From the NCBI GenBank assembly GCA_041675145.1, contig JBAYUK010000002.1, forward strand, positions 280,530 to 344,529: a stretch of 64,000 nt of DNA, in the 5' to 3' direction. Made by a program: the position numbers and the translations under genes. Below, in pieces: positions 10,476-20,712 of the stretch; position 1 is the first letter of the stretch, and every line of letters starts with the position of its first letter. Source of the DNA: Patescibacteria group bacterium (GTDB taxonomy: Bacteria; Patescibacteriota; JACPGU01). A model generated the notes under the pieces. It did no database searches. It worked only from the letters and a program-made list of their open reading frames with translations, and had not been told where the DNA came from.

Positions 10476-11489
10476 ATGGAGAATATTACACCAATTGTAG
10501 ATGTATTTGTTTTTACCTTTATGGCATTTGTTGTGTCTATGATTTGGACGCCTTTTCTAACGAATCTTTTATATAAATTTAAGATAGCAAAACAAATTGC
10601 TGAGAAATCGTGGGATGGTGCTGAAGTACCAGTTTTTCAAAAGTTCCATGGTCACAAAGCAGGAACTCCAACTATGGGAGGTTTGATAGTAGTAGTTACT
10701 ACTTTTATTTTGACGTTACTCTTTAACCTTGATCGTAACCAGACCTGGCTACCTCTTTTTGTTTTAGTAGCTACCGGTATCCTCGGTGCATTTGATGATA
10801 TTTCAAATATTCGTGGCAAGGGATCAATTAAGGGTATGGGTATTCGTTCAAAGATGCTGTGGCAACTAGTTATCACTGCACTAGGTGCATGGTGGTTTTA
10901 TAGTAAATTAGGATTTGATTCTATTCACTTTCCAGGAGTAGGTGATTTTCACCTAGGCTTTTGGTATGTGCCATTCTTTATATTCTTTGTAGTTGGCTTT
11001 ATGAATTGTGTAGATATAACTGATGGCCTCGATGGCCTCTCTGGTGGGACTCTCTCAATTGCCTTTGCTGCCTTTGGGGTTATTGCGTACTCGCAAGGGA
11101 ACATACTGCTTGCTATTTTCTGTGCCACTATTATTGGGTCTCTGATTACCTTCTTGTGGTTTAATATCCATCCGGCACGGTTTTTTATGGGGGGAACCGG
11201 AGCCTACGCATTAGGGGCAACTCTGGCTGTTATCGCGTTTCTTACTAATTCGGTTGTGGCGCTATGTATTATCGGGGCACTCTTTATTCTTGAAGGTTCT
11301 TCTTCGCTTATCCAACGGTTTAGTAGGAAGTTTTTTAAGAAGAAAGTATTCATCTCTGCTCCATTTCACCATCACCTCCAGGCTCTCGGTTGGCCGGAAA
11401 CAAAAATCGTAATGCGTGCATGGTTGCTTGCTGCAGTTTTGGCTATTATCGGTATGGCGATTGGTATTATTGGTATGGGAGTTCACTAA
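10476..11489 (+). CDS. mraY: Phospho-N-acetylmuramoyl-pentapeptide transferase MraY.
   Basis: Polytopic membrane protein with DD-containing cytoplasmic loops (GAFDDISN, VDITDGLDGL) and conserved dcw position. Confidence 0.85.
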   Translation: MENITPIVDVFVFTFMAFVVSMIWTPFLTNLLYKFKIAKQIAEKSWDGAEVPVFQKFHGHKAGTPTMGGLIVVVTTFILTLLFNLDRNQTWLPLFVLVATGILGAFDDISNIRGKGSIKGMGIRSKMLWQLVITALGAWWFYSKLGFDSIHFPGVGDFHLGFWYVPFFIFFVVGFMNCVDITDGLDGLSGGTLSIAFAAFGVIAYSQGNILLAIFCATIIGSLITFLWFNIHPARFFMGGTGAYALGATLAVIAFLTNSVVALCIIGALFILEGSSSLIQRFSRKFFKKKVFISAPFHHHLQALGWPETKIVMRAWLLAAVLAIIGMAIGIIGMGVH

Positions 11490-11499
11490 ACAAACATCA

Positions 11500-12618
11500 A
11501 TGAAGAGATTTTCTTTCAAGAAACCAAAATCCGATCTTATACTGTCATTTACAGTATTTTTCCTCCTGTTGTTTGGGCTTATTATGATGTCGTCTGCATC
11601 TGCAGTTGTAAGTTATGAGACCTTTGGGTATAACAACTACTTTTTGTATCGTCAGATAGTATACGTGATCGTTGGATTAGTTGGACTAGTGATTGCTCAG
11701 AAACTACCATATAGTTTTTGGAAAAGCATAGCACTTCCTTTTTTGGGTGTATCGTTTGCTTTGAATGTCTTGGTTATGATACCAGGAATCGGAGTTAATC
11801 ATGGTGGAGCCCAGTCTTGGATAAATCTTGGATTCTTTCAATTTCAGCCTTCTGAAATCTTAAAGCTAGCACTTATAGTGTATTTAGCTAGTTGGCTTGA
11901 TGCTAAAAGAAAAGATATTCATTCATTTAAAAATGTCTTTATACCGTTTTGTATCTTGCTCGGCGTGGTAGCAGGAATTTTGATGAAACAACCCGATCTC
12001 GGATCTCTTTTGGTTATCGCTTTTTCAATGATTAGTATTTACTTTGTAGCTGGCGTTCCACTTATTTACTTAGGACTCATTTCTGGAGGGGGAGTGATGG
12101 CTACCTTCTTGCTGATTAAAGCTGCTCCATATCGTCTTGCTCGTCTTATGACTTTTTTACACCCAGAGCAGGATCCGCTTGGAGTAGGCTTCCATATTAA
12201 CCAAGCGTTGATTGCAGTTGGTTCAGGAGGGTTATGGGGAAGAGGTTTTGGTAAGTCGGGTCAGAAGTATACCGGATATATTCCAGAGACTCCTAACGAC
12301 TCAATTTTTGCAATCATTGCTGAGGAGCTTGGTTTTATAAAGCTACTGATAGCACCGATACTGCTCTTTATTATCTTCGCATGGCGAGGACTCGTTATTG
12401 CAAGCCACGCCTCAGACTTCTTTGGTAAGTTATTGGCCTTCGGCATTACAAGCTGGATTACTATGCAGGCGCTACTGAATATGGCTACCATGTTATCTCT
12501 CGTACCGCTTACGGGCCTCACATTACCGTTTATTAGTTACGGTGGTACATCAATTATTGTATCTCTCGTAGCTGTTGGAATATTGCTCAACATTTCTAAA
12601 TATCAGGCGGCATCATAA
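11500..12618 (+). CDS. ftsW: SEDS-family peptidoglycan glycosyltransferase FtsW.
   Basis: Start moved to the internal ATG at 11500, just after the mraY stop. SEDS motifs SEILKLALIVYLA and PDLGS are present. Confidence 0.8.
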   Translation: MKRFSFKKPKSDLILSFTVFFLLLFGLIMMSSASAVVSYETFGYNNYFLYRQIVYVIVGLVGLVIAQKLPYSFWKSIALPFLGVSFALNVLVMIPGIGVNHGGAQSWINLGFFQFQPSEILKLALIVYLASWLDAKRKDIHSFKNVFIPFCILLGVVAGILMKQPDLGSLLVIAFSMISIYFVAGVPLIYLGLISGGGVMATFLLIKAAPYRLARLMTFLHPEQDPLGVGFHINQALIAVGSGGLWGRGFGKSGQKYTGYIPETPNDSIFAIIAEELGFIKLLIAPILLFIIFAWRGLVIASHASDFFGKLLAFGITSWITMQALLNMATMLSLVPLTGLTLPFISYGGTSIIVSLVAVGILLNISKYQAAS

Positions 12619-12619
12619 C

Positions 12620-13759
12620 ATGCAACATAGAAACTTACGGATAGCTTTTGTCGGAGGGGGATCTGTTGGACATATCGCACCAAACATTGCGGTAATAGAT
12701 GCGTTGTATAAAAAAACGAAAAAAGAAAAGATACCGTTATCTGTTTACTATATTGGCCGTAGAAATACATTTGAGCGGGGTATTGTAGAGAAGGAGAATA
12801 TACACTACTACGGCATCTTTACTGGAAAGCTTCGTCGCTACTGGGATGTACGTCACCTAAGTGACCCTTTTTTAATCGCAATCGGATTCTTCCAATCACT
12901 TTTTATACTTCTATATGCACGACCTGACATGGTTTTTCTAAAAGGAGGGTTTGTGACAGTACCGGTTGCCCTTGCGTGTAAGCTACTTTTTGTACCTATG
13001 ATGGCACATGAATCAGATATTGAGCCGGGCATGGCAAACAAGCTTGCGTGTAAGCTTGGCGCATATATGGCGCTTGGGTTTAATACCTCACTGTATCCTA
13101 CTAGTATTCAAAAGAAGAGTTTCTTCTCGGGTAATCCAATTAGGCCAGATATAACTGGAAAGCTATTGGATCGAAAACAGTTATCAAAAAAATACAACCT
13201 AGATTCTAAACTACCAATTGTTCTTTTTATCGGTGGAAGCCAGGGTTCGGCAAAGATGAACAGCCTACTAGAAAGTATTCTCCCTAAACTTACAAAGAAG
13301 TTTGTTGTGATACATAGTGTTGGCAAGAATGACTATGGGCACTTTGAAGGTCTAAAAAAGGACCTAGATAGTAAATACATACAGAACTATGTAGTGTATC
13401 CATATATAGAACATGATCTAGGGTCTTTTTTACAAAACGCAAGTCTTATTGTGTCTCGAGCTGGAGTAGGGGGGATTACGGAGATTATGTATTTCAAAAA
13501 ACCGTCTATTATTATCCCGATATCCAGTAATGGTGGTCATCAAGTAACTAATGCTAACTATTTAGCTAAGAATAAAATAGCTTCAGTGTTGGATGAAAAT
13601 GTAGCTGATGGAACTATGCTGTATCGTGAAATAGAATTTGTTATTTCAAACAGAGGATTGAAAGACAGAATTACAAAAGTCGCGCCAACGTTGTTTCCAT
13701 CAAATAGCGCTCAGATAATTAGCGACGAGATAATACGTTACCTTGGTTATAGTAACTAG
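12620..13759 (+). CDS. murG: UDP-GlcNAc:lipid I GlcNAc transferase MurG.
   Basis: Start at the internal ATG 12620, 2 nt after the ftsW stop. Glycine-rich GGGSVGHIAP motif and GT28 C-terminal domain. Confidence 0.8.
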   Translation: MQHRNLRIAFVGGGSVGHIAPNIAVIDALYKKTKKEKIPLSVYYIGRRNTFERGIVEKENIHYYGIFTGKLRRYWDVRHLSDPFLIAIGFFQSLFILLYARPDMVFLKGGFVTVPVALACKLLFVPMMAHESDIEPGMANKLACKLGAYMALGFNTSLYPTSIQKKSFFSGNPIRPDITGKLLDRKQLSKKYNLDSKLPIVLFIGGSQGSAKMNSLLESILPKLTKKFVVIHSVGKNDYGHFEGLKKDLDSKYIQNYVVYPYIEHDLGSFLQNASLIVSRAGVGGITEIMYFKKPSIIIPISSNGGHQVTNANYLAKNKIASVLDENVADGTMLYREIEFVISNRGLKDRITKVAPTLFPSNSAQIISDEIIRYLGYSN

Positions 13760-13803
13760 TCTGGTTAGTGTGAATATACTCCCCGTGTTACAATAAAAGC
13801 CTT

Positions 13804-15279
13804 ATGAATACATTACCCGCAACAATTTATGGAGGACTGAAGAAGAGACTGAGACTCTTCTTGCACCCCTATGACCAGCTTTTTATCAATCCCAATACCC
13901 ATTTCCACTTTATCGGAATAGGTGGTATTGGTATGTCTGCCATCGCGTTTCTTCTGAAAGATAGGGGATATGTCGTGACTGGTTCAGACATGAAAGAATC
14001 AGACCTAACACATAAGCTTCAGGAAGCCGGAATTGAAGTAGTGGTTGGTCATGCAGAGGGTAACATCACTCAAGCAATTGATGTTGTAGTGGTCTCTTCT
14101 GCAATACCTAAAGCAAATCCCGAGATTGTTGCTGCGATAAAATCAGGAATCCCGATAGTAAAGAGATCCTTCGTACTTGGAAAGCTCATGCAGTCTAAGA
14201 AGGGTATAGCCGTTTCAGGTACTCATGGAAAGACTACTACGACTACTATGATCACGCTCATTCTTCAAGGAGGAGGGTTAGACCCATCAGCACTCATTGG
14301 TGGTGAAGTCAAAAACATTGGCGGAAACTTCCTGAGTGGAAAAGGGGATACGGTAGTAGTTGAAGCGTGTGAGTATGACCGCTCCTTCTTAGACCTCTAT
14401 CCATATATTGCAGTTATTACCAATATTGAAGCTGATCACCTCGATTATTACAGAGATATCCATGAGATAAAAAAGGCTTTTGAGAAGTTTGTTAAAAAAA
14501 TTCCAAAAGACGGCTTACTTATTATTCCATCTGATGACATGAACGCGGTAGAAGTAGCAAAGGTAGCTACCTGTAAGGTAGTAGCGTTTGGCTTTGGCGG
14601 TCGTAGTCAAATGGCAAAGGAGCTGTTTGCTCTCTACTGGGAAGTAGAAGAAGTTTCACAACGAAAAGGGGTAACTACATTTAGTTTAAGTAACGGATCG
14701 AAAACGCACGAGTTTAGTTTGAAAATTCCAGGTAAACATAATGTTTCTGATGCATGTGCTGCAATTATTGCATCTGATTTTCTAGGAGTGTCCATGGACG
14801 TTGCAGGAGAAGTGCTAAAAGGATTTGAAGGAACAAATAGAAGGTTTCAAATTAAGGGAGAGAAGAAGGATATAGTGGTGGTAGACGACTACGCTCATCA
14901 CCCAACTGAGATTCGAGCAACCCTTGAAGGTGCAAAGAAGTTCTATAAAGGCAAGAAAATAATTGCTATCTTTGAGCCCCATCAATACAGCAGAACGCAT
15001 ATGTTGTTATCTGAGTTTAGTCACTCATTTAGTAATGCGGATCTCATAATTATCCCAGACATATATCCAGTCAGAGACACGAAGGAGGATATGAAAAAGG
15101 TAAGTGCTCAGGATCTTGTTACTGCAATTAACAAGAACGGAGTAGATGCACTGTATATAAAAGACTACGATGAGATAGTTGCGTATTTACAAAAAAATAT
15201 AAAGGAAGACTCGCTAATTATGACAATAGGCGCGGGTAATGTGTATAAAATAGGCGAGATGTTTTTACAATCAAAATAG
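13804..15279 (+). CDS. murC: UDP-N-acetylmuramate--L-alanine ligase MurC.
   Basis: HFIGIGGIGMSAIA N-terminal motif and Mur ligase central/C-terminal domains. Confidence 0.85.
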   Translation: MNTLPATIYGGLKKRLRLFLHPYDQLFINPNTHFHFIGIGGIGMSAIAFLLKDRGYVVTGSDMKESDLTHKLQEAGIEVVVGHAEGNITQAIDVVVVSSAIPKANPEIVAAIKSGIPIVKRSFVLGKLMQSKKGIAVSGTHGKTTTTTMITLILQGGGLDPSALIGGEVKNIGGNFLSGKGDTVVVEACEYDRSFLDLYPYIAVITNIEADHLDYYRDIHEIKKAFEKFVKKIPKDGLLIIPSDDMNAVEVAKVATCKVVAFGFGGRSQMAKELFALYWEVEEVSQRKGVTTFSLSNGSKTHEFSLKIPGKHNVSDACAAIIASDFLGVSMDVAGEVLKGFEGTNRRFQIKGEKKDIVVVDDYAHHPTEIRATLEGAKKFYKGKKIIAIFEPHQYSRTHMLLSEFSHSFSNADLIIIPDIYPVRDTKEDMKKVSAQDLVTAINKNGVDALYIKDYDEIVAYLQKNIKEDSLIMTIGAGNVYKIGEMFLQSK

Positions 15280-15280
15280 C

Positions 15281-16165
15281 ATGCTACCATTATTTAAAAA
15301 GAAAAATAAATTCTTTCTCTCTAGACGCAAAAGGTTGCGAGCTATAGAGCAAGAGGATTCAAAACAGAAATTTGGGTTTAGTCTCAAAGCTCCTATTGCT
15401 ATGGCACGAAATATTCCAAAGCAATACTCAGGTGCACTTTTTGGTCGCCCGTTTCGCAAGATTCATTTTTCTTTTACGCAAATAGGAATTGGGTTGTTAC
15501 TAATGGTTGTCGTAGCATACTTAATGTTTTTTTCTTCTCTATTTAAGATTAAAAAAATAGAGATAGTGAACAACAAAGTTTTAATCGCAGATGATGTTGC
15601 TCATTTCTTAGAAGATAGAAATATAAAAGAGAAGAACATTTTCTTACTTAATGTTAACCAGACTAGGGATATTCTTAAGCAATACTACCGGCGCATTGAT
15701 GATGTGAGAATATATAAGGTAGTACCAAATAAACTAAAAATAAAGATACAAGAAAAGCCGAGCACAATTTTGTGGCAGATAGAAGATAGGAAATACCTTA
15801 TAGATACCCAAGGGTATGTACTAGGGGAGGCAACTCCAAATGAGACAAGTATGCCAGTTGTAAAAGATGAAGCGAAGATTCCAGTTCATGAAAAAGATCG
15901 TATTGTGACTAAGGCGTTTATTAACTTTGTTAATACGGTGGATGAGAGTCTAAAAAAGAGAGTAGGACTCGGAGTAGATGGATATAGTATTGACCAAACT
16001 ACCTTCGAACTTAAAGCACACATTAATAGTGGTTTTTATTTGGTCTTTGATACAACTAAAGATCCAGCTGAACAGTTGGATAAACTCATGAAGGTATATG
16101 AGAAAGGTGAAATAATTCGTGAGTATGTGATACTCTCTATTGAAGGAAAGGTGATAGTAAAATAA
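15281..16165 (+). CDS. ftsQ: Cell division protein FtsQ/DivIB-like (TM plus POTRA).
   Basis: Basic N-terminus, one TM helix, then a POTRA-like domain (KIKKIEIVNNKVL...). Position is after murC. Confidence 0.55.
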   Translation: MLPLFKKKNKFFLSRRKRLRAIEQEDSKQKFGFSLKAPIAMARNIPKQYSGALFGRPFRKIHFSFTQIGIGLLLMVVVAYLMFFSSLFKIKKIEIVNNKVLIADDVAHFLEDRNIKEKNIFLLNVNQTRDILKQYYRRIDDVRIYKVVPNKLKIKIQEKPSTILWQIEDRKYLIDTQGYVLGEATPNETSMPVVKDEAKIPVHEKDRIVTKAFINFVNTVDESLKKRVGLGVDGYSIDQTTFELKAHINSGFYLVFDTTKDPAEQLDKLMKVYEKGEIIREYVILSIEGKVIVK

Positions 16166-16182
16166 GGTAACTACGGTGGTGT

Positions 16183-17901
16183 ATGAAGAAGTGGGTGATA
16201 GCGGACAGAGTAGATGAGGATTATATGAAAACAATAGCTGAGGAGGATGATATCCTTGCTCAGATTTTTTTTAATAGAAACATAACAACTGAACAAGAAA
16301 AAAACGACTTCTTAAATCCTGAGTATGAGCAACTACGCGATCCATTTTTACTTAAAAATATGGATATAGCAGTTAGTCGTTTAGTTTTGGCGCTGAAGGA
16401 AAAGCATCGTATCGTTATTTTTGGAGACTATGATGTTGATGGGTGTACTGCGACAGCAATCCTATATCGAGCACTTAGATCGTATGGAGGTTCTGTTAGC
16501 TACTATATACCTGACCGCATGAAGGAGGGGTATGGTATGACCAAGGTTGCAATTGATCACCTCATTGATCGTGGTACCGACTTGATTATCACTGTAGATA
16601 ACGGTACCGCAAGCTACGACGAAGTAGGGTATGCTAAAGAACATAATATTGATGTCATCATTACCGACCATCATGAAGTAACGAAAGAGGTACCGCAGGC
16701 ACTGGCGGTTATTAACCCTAAGCAACTCGATGACCCATACCCATTTGAGGGCATATGTGGAGCTACCGTGGCTTTTAAGCTTGTGTGTGCGCTAACTATG
16801 CGGTTAGGGGAGAAGGATGATTCTATACGGCTTGAGCAGCTGAAGTGGTACTTAGATCTTGTGGCTATTGGTACAGTTGCTGATGTAATGCCTCTTATAG
16901 ACGAAAATAGAATTCTGGTTAAGTATGGCCTGATGGTTCTCAAGAAGACGAGAAACCCCGGCATTAAGGCAATTGCAAAAGTTGCAGGCATTGAGTTAGA
17001 AAAAGTTGATGTAAGGACTATAGGCTTTGCATTTGCTCCCAGAATCAATGCCGCTGGGCGTATGACTCATGCAGAAAACGCTCTAAAGTTACTCCTCACG
17101 GATAATCCTGCCGAAGCAGAGATGTTAGCACTTCGTCTCGAGCAGTTGAATCGTCAAAGACAGGAGACAGTAAAGTCACATATAGATAATGTAAAACTTG
17201 AGCTATATAGTCGGGACAAGATTGACTCAGTATTAGTGCTGCATGATGCGTCGTGGACTTCAGGAATATTAGGACTCATTGCAGGACGTGTGTCTGAGGA
17301 ATTTTCTAGACCAGTTTTTTGTCTGGCAGAGGAGGGTGGTATGTTTAAAGGTTCTGCTCGTTCTTCAGTAGACTTCCATATTGTTGAGGCTATGAAGGCA
17401 GTATCAGAAACACTTGTAAAATTTGGCGGACATAAACAAGCGGGAGGGTTTACGGTTACACATGATCATTATGAAATATTTAAACAGTCTCTTATTTCAT
17501 ACGGGGATTTAGTATTGCATGACGACAACAAAGTACGAGAAATCCAAGTAGATGCAGAGATAGATACTTCAAGGATAACAAAAAAACTTTTTAGAGATTT
17601 ACAAAAACTCCAGCCTTTTGGACAAAAAAATCCTGATCCAGTATTTGCAGCGCATGCCATGCTCGTTACTGAGACAAAGCTTGTAGGAGCTGACCTAAAA
17701 CACCTTAAGATTACACTAAAGGATTCTCATAATAATACCTGGAAAGGGATCGCCTTTAGTGTTGAAGATGAGATAAAGGAAATAGAAAGAGGAGAGAGGG
17801 TAGATATAGCTTTTTCGATACAGGAAAACGAGTGGAAAGGAGTAACAAACCTTGAATGTATGATACATGACATCAGGAGGTCAAAGCAGGAGACTACATA
17901 A
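16183..17901 (+). CDS. recJ: Single-stranded-DNA-specific exonuclease RecJ.
   Basis: DHH motifs (IFGDYDVDGCTA, ITDHHE) and a DHHA1 domain with GGH motif. Confidence 0.85.
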   Translation: MKKWVIADRVDEDYMKTIAEEDDILAQIFFNRNITTEQEKNDFLNPEYEQLRDPFLLKNMDIAVSRLVLALKEKHRIVIFGDYDVDGCTATAILYRALRSYGGSVSYYIPDRMKEGYGMTKVAIDHLIDRGTDLIITVDNGTASYDEVGYAKEHNIDVIITDHHEVTKEVPQALAVINPKQLDDPYPFEGICGATVAFKLVCALTMRLGEKDDSIRLEQLKWYLDLVAIGTVADVMPLIDENRILVKYGLMVLKKTRNPGIKAIAKVAGIELEKVDVRTIGFAFAPRINAAGRMTHAENALKLLLTDNPAEAEMLALRLEQLNRQRQETVKSHIDNVKLELYSRDKIDSVLVLHDASWTSGILGLIAGRVSEEFSRPVFCLAEEGGMFKGSARSSVDFHIVEAMKAVSETLVKFGGHKQAGGFTVTHDHYEIFKQSLISYGDLVLHDDNKVREIQVDAEIDTSRITKKLFRDLQKLQPFGQKNPDPVFAAHAMLVTETKLVGADLKHLKITLKDSHNNTWKGIAFSVEDEIKEIERGERVDIAFSIQENEWKGVTNLECMIHDIRRSKQETT

Positions 17902-19516
17902 GAGAATCGATAAGGGAAGTTCCGGTCATCTCTTTTGGTTTTTTAATATGCATGAGGTCAAGAATGGTTGGTGCAACATCTGAGAGGGTTCCAGCAGGTT
18001 CAGCTATCATATCTTTATACGAAAGACCTGGTTTACTTTTTTTCAACGCTTGAGAAATTACCATAAACGGAACGGGATAAATGTTATGTTCCGTATCGGG
18101 TCCGTTAGATTCAAAGTTAAACATCTCTTCACTGTTACCGTGGTCTGAAGTAATACAAACAGCCCCTCCTAGTTCAAGAGTCTTAGCAGTAATAGACCCA
18201 ACACAGGTGTCTATGATTTCAATTGCTTTTTTTGTTGCTTCAAAATCACCGGTATGACCAACCATATCTGGGTTCGCAAAATTTAGTACAATAAAGTCAT
18301 ACTTCTTTTCAGATAGTGAGATAAGAACTTGTTTTGTTATTTCCTCAGCGCTCATGGCTGGTTTCTCATTAAAGTGTTTTACTTTCAGAGATGGAATAAG
18401 AATTCTTTTCTCACCCATGTAGGGTCTCTCGTTTCCTCCGTTAAAGAAGTATGTTACATGGGCATACTTTTGAGTTTCTGCAATATGAAGTTGTGTGAGT
18501 TTGTGGTCAGAAATTACTTGAGCTAAGGGATTGGTAATATTTTCTTCAGGTAGTACGACTGAGACGGGGAGTTTTGAATCGTATTCTGTTAGAGTTGCAA
18601 TGTGAAGGTTTGAAATCTTAACTCTTTTAAAAGGAGCAAACTTGGGACTAGCAAATGCAGATACAATCTGACGAGAACGGTCTGGGCGAATATTGAAGAA
18701 AAGTATAGCGTCGTTATTCTGTACTGCTCCAACTGGCACATCTTTTTTGTCTACTATTGTGTATGGCTCCACAAACTCGTCACTTTGGTTTTTGGCATAT
18801 GCAGCGAGAATAGGGGTTTTAATAACCTGTGTTTTTTTGCCTTTTCCGAGAATAGCCATGTATGCGAGCTTTGTTCGTTCCCATATCTTGTCTCGGTCCA
18901 TAGTATAGAGGCGACCAGCAATACTGGCGATTTTTGCGTTACAGTTTAGCTCTGCTATTTTTGCTTCAAGATCAGTTATAAATGTTTGGGCAACGGCAGG
19001 TAGGCTATCGCGTCCGTCACACACAACGTGAATAAATATTTTTTCTATATTCCTTTTTTTACACCATGCAAGAATTTCAAAGAGGTGCTCTATGTGTGAG
19101 TGAACTCCACCAGCAGAAACCAGCCCAATTAAATGAAGAGCTCCGTGGTGTTGCTTGATATGCTTTTCAACTTTACCCATTGCCTCGTTGCGAATAAGTC
19201 CATCGCCTGCGATACCGCGACTAACACGAAGCAGTGGCTGGTAGACGATACGACCCGAGCCTATATTAATATGTCCTACTTCACTATTTCCAGCTTCTCC
19301 ATACGGAAGCCCTACTTCATTTCCACTTGCGTGGAGTAGTACCTTCGGGTAGTTTTTTTGTAAGTAGTCGAGATTTGGAGAGAGCGCTGCTCGAACTGCA
19401 TTGCCGTCTGTAATAGGTGAGACACCAAAACCGTCCAGTATCATAAGAACTACTGGGTTTAATCTCTTGGGAATTTTTTCTTTAAATGTTGTTTTTGTTT
19501 GTTTGAAGAAAAGCAT
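17894..19516 (-). CDS. gpmI: 2,3-bisphosphoglycerate-independent phosphoglycerate mutase.
   Basis: ILDGFGVSP, NSEVGHINIGSGR and DHGN motifs of iPGM. Confidence 0.85.
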   Translation of the reverse strand: MLFFKQTKTTFKEKIPKRLNPVVLMILDGFGVSPITDGNAVRAALSPNLDYLQKNYPKVLLHASGNEVGLPYGEAGNSEVGHINIGSGRIVYQPLLRVSRGIAGDGLIRNEAMGKVEKHIKQHHGALHLIGLVSAGGVHSHIEHLFEILAWCKKRNIEKIFIHVVCDGRDSLPAVAQTFITDLEAKIAELNCNAKIASIAGRLYTMDRDKIWERTKLAYMAILGKGKKTQVIKTPILAAYAKNQSDEFVEPYTIVDKKDVPVGAVQNNDAILFFNIRPDRSRQIVSAFASPKFAPFKRVKISNLHIATLTEYDSKLPVSVVLPEENITNPLAQVISDHKLTQLHIAETQKYAHVTYFFNGGNERPYMGEKRILIPSLKVKHFNEKPAMSAEEITKQVLISLSEKKYDFIVLNFANPDMVGHTGDFEATKKAIEIIDTCVGSITAKTLELGGAVCITSDHGNSEEMFNFESNGPDTEHNIYPVPFMVISQALKKSKPGLSYKDMIAEPAGTLSDVAPTILDLMHIKKPKEMTGTSLIDSLM

Positions 19517-19524
19517 ATAACCGT

Positions 19525-20574
19525 TTATTTCTTGAGATGTTTTTTATAAAACTCGATGTTGTCTATGTAGTGAGGATTTTCTTTTTTAAGGAGTGCGGCA
19601 TAGTAACTTACATAGTCAAAGAAGGATAACCCGTAAAGCAACTGAGAGAGTAGTGTCTTTCCTTCGAGCTGTACCGTAATATACGGTATGCCGTCTCTCT
19701 CTAAGCCTTTTTGAATAGCAGTAAATGCGTGATCTATAAAGCGGTCTTCAAAAGAACTGCGTACAATAACATAGTAAAAAGGATTTTCCTTTTCACGAGC
19801 CTCTATCATGTTGTGAGCAAATTCTGAGACTGGGTAATAGAATGCATATGACTTTGCGTTTTCGTTCATGCTTTGTGCAAAGCGCAGTGACGTAGAAGAT
19901 ATCCCAGGAGCAGACAAAATGAGTGGAATCTTGCCGTGAAGAGTAGTGGCAAGTTGTTTCGCGTTGTTTTCTTGCGTTATCTTCGTGGGTTTAATCTGCT
20001 CACGAAGAGTGGTAAGTTCACTTGAAGCAGTTGTAAGGTTTTTGGATACTTCAGATAACGCTCCAACCCGGTCGAGAATAATAAGAATCGGAACAAGGAG
20101 GTTAGCCGTTGCAAAGCGTGGAGGCTCAGGACTGGTAACGTGAAATACTGGGAGGTTATGTTCAATTGAGAGTATGTCTAACGGTGAATCTTCGTGACAT
20201 ATAAGTACAGTTGGTGCTCCTTGCTCAATAGCTTTTTTAACAGAAATAAGTGTCTCTGCAGTAGAGCCTGAGAAACTCACACCAATTACCAGCGTCTGTT
20301 GGTCAATATAGTTAGGAAGGCTCGTATCATGAATAGAGGTGACAGGGATTGACCCTTCGAAGTCTACGATATTTTTTGCTATTTCACCGGCAATACCAGA
20401 ACCACCCATACCGAGTATGACTACGCGGTTAATGTGTTGCCAGGTTTTGAGTTTCTTTATCTTCTCTGCAGTCTTAATAAAAGCAGCAATTTCTTCTGGT
20501 AGAGCACGAAGTCTCTCAGAAACTCTTTGGCGATCTAAGTGTTCAATGGCTTTAAGGGAGTCTAAATCAAACAT
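19525..20574 (-). CDS. Bifunctional phosphoglucose/phosphomannose isomerase (SIS domain, archaeal-type PGI/PMI).
   Basis: SIS domain GMGGSGIAGE...GVSFSGST. Size ~350 aa is typical of the bifunctional PGI/PMI family. Confidence 0.65.
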   Translation of the reverse strand: MFDLDSLKAIEHLDRQRVSERLRALPEEIAAFIKTAEKIKKLKTWQHINRVVILGMGGSGIAGEIAKNIVDFEGSIPVTSIHDTSLPNYIDQQTLVIGVSFSGSTAETLISVKKAIEQGAPTVLICHEDSPLDILSIEHNLPVFHVTSPEPPRFATANLLVPILIILDRVGALSEVSKNLTTASSELTTLREQIKPTKITQENNAKQLATTLHGKIPLILSAPGISSTSLRFAQSMNENAKSYAFYYPVSEFAHNMIEAREKENPFYYVIVRSSFEDRFIDHAFTAIQKGLERDGIPYITVQLEGKTLLSQLLYGLSFFDYVSYYAALLKKENPHYIDNIEFYKKHLKK

Positions 20575-20712
20575 AGGCGTAATTTAGTATTGGTACTAGT
20601 ATACCTTTTTACGGCTGTATTGTGAAGTCGGTCACAAAAACCGCCAACCTTGTAAATATGAGCTAAAAACGCTACAATACTGGGATATAACCCTATTGCA
20701 TTAACCATTGGT

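Noticed and set aside
11416-12618. Longest-ORF starts for ftsW (11416), murG (12575), hsdS (33549), cupin (50145), holB (56392), the TM protein (32981) and DedA (26675).
   Set aside because: Each would overlap the upstream gene by 40-100 nt. An in-frame ATG 1-5 nt after the upstream stop gives the conserved N-terminus in every case.
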